Below are positions 6,345-13,597 of a stretch of 13,597 nucleotides of DNA, piece after piece; the first letter of the stretch is position 1; each line of letters begins with the position of its first letter. A model generated the notes under the pieces. The model was not told the origin of the DNA. It worked only from the letters and a program-made list of their open reading frames with translations, and did no database searches. A program made the position numbers and the translations under genes. The stretch comes from Candidatus Methylomirabilota bacterium. Its GTDB lineage: Bacteria > Methylomirabilota > Methylomirabilia > Rokubacteriales > CSP1-6. The stretch spans positions 1 through 13,597 of the forward strand of contig JBKPAK010000027.1 in assembly GCA_046726415.1 (NCBI GenBank), in the 5' to 3' direction.

Positions 6345-7958
6345 CTATTGCGGAGAGACGCAGTGGAAGTTCGCCGCCTGCGTGGTGCTGCCCGCCGGGT
6401 TGATCTGCCGCGCCACCTGCGGGTACGCGCACAGCGGTCGCTCGATGTCGACCACACCGCCGGTGCGGTGCACGGCGGTGATGGCGCCCGGGGCGATGCC
6501 GTGTTCCACCCACTGCTCGAGGGGGGTGAGCATGTCGAACTCGTTCGGCCCCGGGCCGCCGCTGCAGTGCAACATGCCGGGGGCCAGATACAGCCGCATG
6601 AACGAGTCGGTGCGATCCTGGCCGAGGGCCGCCGCCACCTCCTCGAAGTAGTCGATCGATCCGAGCGCGGTGATGGCGTGATCGCTCCAGCCGTTGTAGA
6701 CGATCAGCTTGCCCCCGCGGCGCTCGAAGCGGTCGAGGTTCGGATCCGTGGCATTCAGGATGCCGCCGATGAAGTCGAGCGTGGGCGGCCCGGTCTCGAA
6801 GTCGAAGTCGTGGATGTCGAAGCTGCCGTCGTCCTGGTTCGGGTAGGCGAGGTACTTGAAGAAATCGCCGCTGAAGGCGTAGTGCAGGTTCGGATAGGCG
6901 CCGGACTGGTTGGCGGCGCCGACGATCCAGGTGTTCCAGCCGCCCGGCTGGCTCTCCCCACCGACCGGGAATCCGGGGAAGATCTGTCCGTGCGAATTCG
7001 ACGGGCCGGCATAGACCGCCTTCACGGCATCGAGCTGTGCCGTCGTCAGGCACCGCGCGTTGGCCTCGTCGCCGGAAGCGCATCGGGCCAGGTGGGTGTC
7101 GGGGTTGAAGGTGCACACCCGCGGGTCGTCGATGATGCCGTCGGCGATGCCATCGACGGCGTCGCAGTTGGCGAGGACCTGCTGCTCGATGTACGGCAGC
7201 TTCGCGAGCGGCAGCACGGAGGCGGTGAGGTTGCCACGCCCCGGATAGAACCCGACCTCGTTCCACGCGAAGCCGATCATGAACCACGACCAGTTGTAGG
7301 CCGGGGCGCCGGCGATGATGCCGTCGAAGTCCTTGGGGTAGCGTTGCGCCTCCATCAAGGCCTGGCCGCCGCCCCGCGAGCAGCCCTGGAAGTACGAATA
7401 CCGGGGCTTCTTGCCGTAGAAGTCCTGCACGAGCTCCTTGCCGGCGACGGCCGTCTCGTGCACGGCGCGGTAACCGAAGTCGATCACCTTCGTCGGATTG
7501 TCCTGGGCCCAGCTCGCATCGATCGCGCTGCCCTGATGGCCCGTGTCCGTGCGCGCCGTGGCGTAGCCGCGGCCGAGCGGGACGGAGAGGTTGCCCTGGA
7601 ACGAGCCGGCGAAGCCGCCGTTGCCGCCCATGTAGAACTTGCCGTTCCAGCTCTCCGGCAGCCTCACCTCGATGTTGACGTGGTTGAAGCCCTCCCGCTT
7701 GTCGCCCGTGGTCACGTGGCCCAGCACCAGGCAGTGCGCGGGCAGCGTCGTCGACGCCGGCGTCCACGTCGCCGACATGAGCGTGGCCTTCCCGACCCGG
7801 TCTTTCCTCTGCGTGTCATTGGCGATCTCCGCGGCAAGCGTCGCGCACTCCTCCTGGGCCACTCTGTCCTTCGCGAGCGCGTCGACGGGCGCGGCCGCGC
7901 AGAACGCTGCCAAGGTCACCCCGAGTACCAACCTGCTCAGCGAATCGAACGGCTTCAT
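6345..7958 (-). CDS. Secreted tannase/feruloyl esterase family alpha/beta hydrolase (537 aa)
   Basis: ATG7958 with a GAGGAGG RBS and a signal peptide. Motifs RLPESWNGKF..GNGGFAG, TDTGH, YFQGCSRGG (nucleophile Ser), FDGIIAGAP, GWSD, PGMLHC, RPLCAYP. Confidence 0.95.
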   Translation of the reverse strand: MKPFDSLSRLVLGVTLAAFCAAAPVDALAKDRVAQEECATLAAEIANDTQRKDRVGKATLMSATWTPASTTLPAHCLVLGHVTTGDKREGFNHVNIEVRLPESWNGKFYMGGNGGFAGSFQGNLSVPLGRGYATARTDTGHQGSAIDASWAQDNPTKVIDFGYRAVHETAVAGKELVQDFYGKKPRYSYFQGCSRGGGQALMEAQRYPKDFDGIIAGAPAYNWSWFMIGFAWNEVGFYPGRGNLTASVLPLAKLPYIEQQVLANCDAVDGIADGIIDDPRVCTFNPDTHLARCASGDEANARCLTTAQLDAVKAVYAGPSNSHGQIFPGFPVGGESQPGGWNTWIVGAANQSGAYPNLHYAFSGDFFKYLAYPNQDDGSFDIHDFDFETGPPTLDFIGGILNATDPNLDRFERRGGKLIVYNGWSDHAITALGSIDYFEEVAAALGQDRTDSFMRLYLAPGMLHCSGGPGPNEFDMLTPLEQWVEHGIAPGAITAVHRTGGVVDIERPLCAYPQVARQINPAGSTTQAANFHCVSPQ

Positions 7959-8206
7959 GGGTGCGTCCTCCTCGCGGGGGGAGCGCCACGCGCGCCGAGC
8001 GTGCGACTGCCGAGGTGCGCGGGCACGCTTCCGACCGGGCCTGCGCTCGAACGCCGCCGCGGGCCATGCACCCGCGGCGCGGCCATGCCGCATCCCAGGT
8101 AGGCCCCCATTGGTCACCCGGGGCCGAGCGCCGCACGGCGCCGGGCTCTCGCCCGGCCCCCGGGGCCGATCGTGGCTCTCGCTCAGGGCCGAGTCAAGGA
8201 CACACC

Positions 8207-9531
8207 TGTGCCGGTCAGAAACCTCAGCAGCGCCAAGTGGGCGGACGTCGGGAGCGCGAAACGGGGCTCGGCCGGCCAGGGAGCAAGACCGGGGGGCCAC
8301 GACGGGAACGACGTTGCCCCAGAAGGCCGGGTCTTGGACCTGCGAGATCAGCGGGGCAGTGGCCCCGAGCCAGCCGTCGTTGGCTCGGGGCGTCTGGTGT
8401 CAGGCGGCGCGCTGGTACCGGTGATGGAGTCCGCCGAGATGCGGAATCGCCACGATCCGACCGAGAAAAGGGGGCTCGCTATCCCGTGGGTGTGGGCTGT
8501 TCTGGTCCAGCGCTTGATGTGGGCGCGAGGCGTTGTAGTAGACGCGGTAGGCCCGCAGGAGCCGGTGGAGGTGCCGCTCGTTCAGGACGAGGAAGTGGTT
8601 GAGGCACTCTCTTCGGATTGAGCCGATGACCCGCTCGGCGAAGGGATTTTGCCAGGGCGCGCGTGGGGCGATGAGCACCTCACGAATCCCCATCCGCTCG
8701 ACTCGCCGTGCGAACTCAGCGCCATAGATTCGATCGCGATCACGGAGCAAGTAGGTAGGAGCCGCATCGTCTGGGAATGCCTCGACGATCTGCCGCGCAG
8801 TCCAGGCTGCCGTTGGATGGTCCGTGACGTTGATATGGATGAGTTCACGGCGGTGATGGCGCAGGACGACGAACACGAAGAGCAGACGGAAGGTGAGGGT
8901 GGGCACGAGGAAGAAGTCGATAGCCACGATGTCCTGGGCGCGAGTGGCGAGAAAGGTGCGCCACGTAGGTGACGGCCGCGGCGAGGTCCGGTGCATGTAC
9001 TTGGCGACGGTCAGTTCGGCGACGTGGTAGCCGAGGAGCGCGAGTTCAGCTTGGATGCGCCGTCGGCCCCAGGTGGGATTCTCCCGAGCCATGCGTCGGA
9101 TCAGGTCGCGAATCTCGGCGCCGAGCCTTCGGCGGCCGACCGGGTCGTCCGGGACTTCCACCGCCAGTAGAGCTGGAAGCCCTGGCGATGCCAGGCAAGG
9201 ACCGTGGCGGGTTGGACAATGAGGAGGCTGGATCGCCAGCCCGCCCAGCACCGAGCCAGCCAAACCCAGAAGATCCGATCCCAGCGCGACAGGCGGGGTC
9301 GGCGAACGGAGCGTTGGAGGACGGCAAGTTGATGGCGCAGAGCCACGTTCTCGAGGGCGATGGCCGTCGACCCGAGGAGCAACGCACGGAGGAGCGTCGA
9401 GAGAGCGAATAGTGGGATCATGGTGGCCCCCGGCCCAGAGGTCGCGTCGGTGTCTCGACTCTACGCGGTAGAGAGGGGGGTGTGGCGTAAGTTCAAGCGA
9501 GGTGGGCCGAACGGAGTTTTTGACCAGGACA
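8207..9531 (-). mobile_element. IS element with integrase-core (rve, DDE) transposase and TGT...ACA ends (IS481/IS3-like), copy A
   Basis: Ends TGTGCCGGTCAGAAACCTC (8207-8225) and the reverse complement of 9513-9531, TGTCCTGGTCAAAAACTCC, form imperfect IRs. No target duplication is visible. Confidence 0.85.
8400..9421 (-). pseudogene. Integrase-core transposase with a frameshift near 9148
   Basis: N-part ALENVALRHQL...YWRWKSR (from ATG9421) and C-part MARENPTWG...AIDFF...LLRDRD...PWQNPFAERVIGSIRRECL...GGLHHRY lie in different frames. Alignment with copy B shows one missing base. Confidence 0.88.
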
Positions 9532-9739
9532 GCGGTGTGGGTCTTGCCCACGTTGACCGCCGCGATCCGTAGCAGCGCGGTGGCGCGATTCGAGGATCGG
9601 CGAGTCTTCGAGCTGAGCAGCCGGCCGCCGGAAATCTTGTTCCCCGGAGCCAAGGTCAGCCAGGATGTGAAGTGCTTCGCCGTCGGCCACTTCCTCATGT
9701 CGTCGCCGCACTCGGCGACGAGCCGCAGCACGGTGTAGG
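9532..9739 (-). pseudogene. Internal fragment of a second, different IS110 transposase (C-terminal domain)
   Basis: TVLRLVAECGDDMRKWPTAKHFTSWLTLAPGNKISGGRLLSSKTRRSSNRATALLRIAA. It is cut on both sides exactly at neighbouring IS ends. Confidence 0.85.
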
Positions 9740-10800
9740 TGTACCGCACCCGGTTTCCTGGACACCAGGGTGTGAGTGATGAGACGCATTGGAATCGCGA
9801 TTGGAGGGGGTATCGAGATAGCGGCCCCCACTGAGATCGTCGAGCCTGAGCCAAATGCGGCCCTCGATTTTCAGTCCGTGACCGGCAACCAGCCTCATGC
9901 CGCCCTCCGCTGCGCGTCGGCCCGTGCCTGCGCCGGGGTCCGATACCCAAGGCGCTCGATGATCCACTCGGCGTTGTACCGCGCCATGAACTCTCCGATG
10001 ATCCGCGGGGCCTCCGTCAGGCTCGGGAACCGGTGGAGGTAGATACACTGCTCTTTCAGTGTGCGAATGAACCGCTCCATGACCCCGTTGCATTCGGGCT
10101 CCCCCACATACGAGGGGCTGATCGTGATGCCCAGCCACTTCACCTCGTTGATCCACGCATCGGCGATGTACTGGGGCCCCCAGTCACAGCGCACGGCGAG
10201 GCCCCGGGCCACGTCCTTGCCGAAAGCCCCGAAGGCGTGCCGCACCCCCTGCCGAAGCGGCTCGAGGGCCGCCCAGCGATCGCCGAGCTTCGCCACGTGC
10301 CAGCCGACGAGCTCATCGAGATGATGGTCGATCGCTCCGAAAAACCAGCACCACCCGTCTGCCTCCGTGTAGAACCGGGTCGCATCCGTCCCCCACATCT
10401 CGGCCGGCCGCGTAGTGGTGATCGTCCCGTCGTGCGCCGGATTCCCATTCGGCGCCCCGAGCTGGCGGGGAGCCAAGAGGTGGTGGGCCCGCATCAGCCG
10501 GAGCACGTCTTTCCTCCGACGGCGAGTCCCCGATGGGCCAGGCGCGCCCGCACCTTGCGATAGCCCTCCCCGTGAAACGGGGTCGCGGCCAACACCGCGC
10601 GAATGCCCTCGACGATCGCCGCGTCGCTCGTGCCGGTCTTCGGCCCTCGCTTGCCCGGCCCGGGCGCAGCGGCGGGCCGCGGCGTCGCGGCCGCATAGAC
10701 GCTGGAGCGGGGGACCCGGAAGACCGTGCAGATCATCGTGAGCGGAGACGACCATCGCCGTCCCCGCGGGTGCGAAGCCACCCTTCTGGCGCCGCGCGCT
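9740..10800 (-). mobile_element. IS3-family element remnant (right end plus orfB; left part deleted)
   Basis: Terminal sequence TGTACCGCACCCGGTTTCCTGGACACC from 9740. No matching second IR is present. The sequence merges into an unrelated gene at about 10790-10802. Confidence 0.75.
9895..10750 (-). pseudogene. IS3-family OrfB-type DDE transposase, frameshift near 10510
   Basis: PLTMICTVFRVPRSSVY...GEGYRKVRARL, then in another frame VLRLMRAHHLL...WGTDAT...RCDWGPQY...PECNGVMERFIRTLKEQ...YNAEWIIERLGYRTP. Confidence 0.85.
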
Positions 10801-11457
10801 CGCCTGGTACGTCGACCAGATGAAGCACCTGCTGCCGCCGACGATCTTCTTCTTCATCGGCTTCAATTTGATCCTCTGGACGAAGCAGATGATCCTGCAG
10901 GAGCACAACATCGAGTTCAGCGGCTTCCTCGTGGCCACCATGGCCGCCCTGCTCGTCGCCAAGGCCGTGCTGGTCATGGACCACATGCCGTTCATGCGGC
11001 GCTTCGACGGCGCGCCGCTCTTGCAGCCGATCCTCTTCAAGGCGGCGATCTACTGGGCCTGCGTGTTCCTGGTACGGATCGGCGAGGGGCTGCTGCACTT
11101 CCTCCACGAGGGGGGCGCGCTGGTCGACTTCCCGCAGCACCTGGTCGACCGTTTTTCGTGGCCACGCTTCCTCACCATCCAGGTCTGGTTGATGGTGCTA
11201 TTCCTCATCTATGTCACCATTAACGAGCTCAACGGGCTGTTTGGCGACGGCGAGCTGTACCACCTCTTCTTCCGCTGGCGCTCCCGCAGGCGAAGCTGAC
11301 GCGCCGCCAGCGCATTCGGTTGCTGACCCGGCTTAGTCGCCTGACCGAGGCGAACGCCCTCGAGGCGTTCAGTGACCCCCGCACTGCGGCGCACGCCGAA
11401 ATGGTCGAGATCGTCCGCGCGCTCGCGGCGCCGCCGGCTGCGGTGACTGGTCGCTGA
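10793..11457 (+). CDS. Uncharacterised four-TM membrane protein, probably 5'-truncated, with an apparent 1-bp deletion near 11285
   Basis: ORF 10820-11299 (LPPTIFFFIGFNLI..., AKAVLV.DH.PF.RRFDGAPL) extends upstream as RALAWYVDQ. A protein-like tail QAKLTRRQRIRLLTRLSRLTEANALEAFSDPRTAAHAEMVEIVRALA continues in the -1 frame to TGA 11455-11457. Confidence 0.7.
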
Positions 11458-11571
11458 CCAGCGCGCACGTCGCGGGGCAGCCCGACCTGGCGCCCCGCTC
11501 GGAGACGTGTGGGTGGAACCACGGCTCCGAAGAAACGCTGAGCCGCCGGTCCGAGGCCGTCGCGCGAACGG

Positions 11572-11640
11572 CTACAGGAACCGGCGGCGACCGGTGTTGC
11601 CAGCGATCGGCTCCGGGGGCGTCGAGGCGACTGGCTCCAT
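11572..11640 (-). pseudogene. Truncated start of a probable Tat-exported protein
   Basis: GAGGAGG RBS, ATG11640, MEPVASTPPEPIAGNTGRRRFL then TAG. A twin-arginine motif with no hydrophobic region after it. Confidence 0.45.
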
Positions 11641-11865
11641 GGACACCTCCTCGCGACAGTGAATACAGACCAACGGACTTCATGCCAGCCTCGAACGATT
11701 GTCAACCGAATTCTCCGGTCGACGCGGTGCCCGAAACTGCACGGCGGCGTACTCTCGCAGGGCCGGTCGCGTCACGGGCTCCTCCCTCGACTCAGAGTGG
11801 GTAACCGTGGCTTCCGATCTACGACCTCGGTCTCGGTAACCGAAATTTTGATGTGATGCGCGCCC

Positions 11866-11894
11866 TTGACCGGTGATCCGGCGGACGCTAAGCT
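11866..11894 (+). promoter_or_regulatory. Sigma70-type promoter for the gene at 11927
   Basis: TTGACC (11866-11871), 17-bp spacer, TAAGCT (11889-11894), then a GAGGG RBS and ATG11927. Confidence 0.65.
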
Positions 11895-11926
11895 CGCTGC
11901 ACTTCATCGAGACGCGAGGGATCGCC

Positions 11927-12169
11927 ATGCGCACGACCGCGAGGACGATGGCTGCGTTCCTGGGGTTCGTCGTCACCTGGGGCGTCGCCGGGCCGGCCGT
12001 CGCCGGGACCATCAAGGGCACCATCCGATTGGCGGGCGGCGCCGTCGAGGTCAAGAAGCTCAAGGTGACGGTGGATCACGGGGTGTGCGGGACGGTCAAG
12101 GATGCCGAAGACCTCGTCGTCTCCGCCGACATGGGCATCCGCAACGCCGTGGTCTCCCTGCTGACCCCT
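11927..12169 (+). pseudogene. N-terminal fragment of a secreted beta-sandwich protein (carboxypeptidase-regulatory-like/cupredoxin-associated), cut by an IS
   Basis: Signal peptide ending AVA, then GTIKGTIRLAG...VTVDHGVCG...EDLVVSADMGIRNAVVSL. It is interrupted exactly at the TGT end at 12170, and no continuation is seen after 13503. Confidence 0.7.
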
Positions 12170-13503
12170 TGTGCCGGTCAGAAACCTCATCGGCCAGCCG
12201 TTGAGAATGCCTGACACTTGGCGCGAACGTCTGGAACCACATCCACGTCGTATTGAGTGTGATCAGGATTGTCGCGTTGATGGCCGCCGAGGACTGGAGT
12301 GCAGATTACCCATGCCAGTCAGGGTGGATCGCACGAGCGGGCGACGGCTGGCCCGCCGGCCGACCACGATCAGGCGACGCGAGTGTAGCGGTGATGGAGT
12401 CCGCCTGCCTGAGGGATGGCGATGATCCGGCCACGTGGCGAGGGTTCGACGACTCGTGGCTGGGGACTGTGTCAAGCGATTGGTGTGGCCGCGTGGTGTT
12501 GTAGTAGGCGAGATACGCGCGCAAGACGCGGCAGAGATGGGCCCCGCTCAGAATGATGACGTGGTCGAGGCATTCGCGACGGATTGAGCCGATCACCCGT
12601 TCCGCGAAGGGGTTCTGCCAGGGCGCTCTGGGGGCCGTGATCACCTGGCGGATCCCCATGTGGTCGACGCGCCGAGTGAAGGCCTCGCCGTAGATCGAGT
12701 CTCGATCCCGAAGTAGGAATTTCGGGCCGGTCTCCTCCGGGAACGCTTCGATCACCTGCCGGGCCGTCCAGGCTGCGGACGGGTGATCCGTCACGTTGAC
12801 GTGGAGAAGTTCGCGGCGGTGATGCCGCAAGACGACGAAAACGAACAGCAGGTGGAAGGTGATCGTGGGGACAACGAAGAAGTCGATGGCGACGATGTCT
12901 CGGGCATGCGCGGCGAGAAAGGCGCGCCACGTGGGCGACGGCCGAGGCGACGTCCGGCGCATGTACTTGGCGACCGTCAGCTCGGCGACCTCGTAGCCGA
13001 GAAGGGCCAGCTCCGCCCGAATGCGCCGGCGGCCCCACGTCGGATTCTCCCGCGCCATGCGTCGGATCAGGTCGCGAAGCTCCGCGTCGAGTCTCGGGCG
13101 GCCGACCGGGTTGGGCCTGGACTTCCAGCGCCAGTAGAGCCGGAAGCCTTTGCGGTGCCAGGCCAGTACTGTGGCCGGTTGCACGATGACGAGACTGGAC
13201 CGCCAGCTCGCCCACAGGCCTGACAGCCAGACCCAGAAGATCCGGTCCCCCTGAGACAGACGTGGTCGGCCGGCCGACCGCTGAAGGACGAGGAGTTGAT
13301 GGCGGAGCGCCATGTTCTCAAGGGCGATCGCCGCTGACCCAAAGAACACGGCGTGAAGGAAGGTTCCTAAACCCGTCACGAGAACCATCGCGGCCCCCCC
13401 CCGGCATCCGGCATGGCGTCTTGGTCGAGACCTACCGGATCAGCGGTGGAGACGGTAAAGAAAGTTCAGGTAGGACGAGCAGATGGGGTTATTGACCGGG
13501 ACA
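12170..13503 (-). mobile_element. IS element with integrase-core transposase and TGT...ACA ends, copy B
   Basis: TGTGCCGGTCAGAAACCTCA (12170-12189) is identical to 8207-8226. The other end, reverse complement of 13485-13503, is TGTCCCGGTCAATAACCCC. No target duplication. Confidence 0.87.
12370..13388 (-). CDS. Integrase-core (rve, DDE) transposase, frameshifted near its 3' end (about 12470)
   Basis: ATG13388, ALENMALRHQL, AIDFF, LLRDRD, PWQNPFAERVIGSIRRECLDH. The family tail SPQPRVVEPSPRGRIIAIPQAGGLHHRYTRVA* lies in the shifted frame and ends at 12370. Confidence 0.88.
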
Positions 13504-13597
13504 GGGTGACATCGGTCGTCATGGGCTGATCGTACCGTGCCTCAACCCGGCCCGTGTACCGGGTGACGCTCCGCCGAGTATTCGGACCATACGGGGT

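Noticed and set aside
6229-8102. 609-aa plus-strand and 512-aa minus-strand ORFs
   Set aside because: Shadow and alternative frames of the tannase gene with no recognisable motifs.
8400-9950. 516-aa IS110/integrase fusion protein
   Set aside because: Chance in-frame run through three separate elements created by the frameshift near 9148.
13575-13597. GAGTATTCGGACCATACGG as a further IS end
   Set aside because: Only loosely similar to the TGT...ACA ends and at the window edge, so it cannot be supported.

Overview
High-GC bacterial accessory region made mostly of mobile elements and broken genes. From left to right: (1) the 3' end of one gene and a near-complete second gene of a ~540-aa family with a Rep_trans-like K-x-Y-D-K...R-x-E motif and a C-terminal winged helix, arranged head-to-tail. 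Each is followed by a tandemly duplicated end sequence finishing in CT^A and then a hairpin, which suggests an uncharacterised single-strand/rolling-circle mobile element that stacks on its own ends. (2) A membrane protein with a TIR-like domain and a DUF4870-like tail. (3) A complete IS110/IS1111-type element (4209-5769) with 16-bp sub-terminal IRs, a TCTAT core at both junctions and a ~395-nt 3' non-coding end. That end folds into a bridge-RNA-like internal loop carrying an exact 9-nt copy of the flanking target. It is flanked by truncated GNAT and PQQ-dehydrogenase genes. (4) An intact secreted tannase/feruloyl esterase. (5) Two related TGT...ACA integrase-core IS elements (8207-9531 and 12170-13503) bracketing an IS110 fragment, an IS3-type remnant, a membrane-protein gene and a divergent promoter with two truncated exported-protein genes. 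Six genes each show an apparent single-base deletion, so some 'pseudogenes' may be long-read errors. All family assignments come from motif recognition, not database searches.
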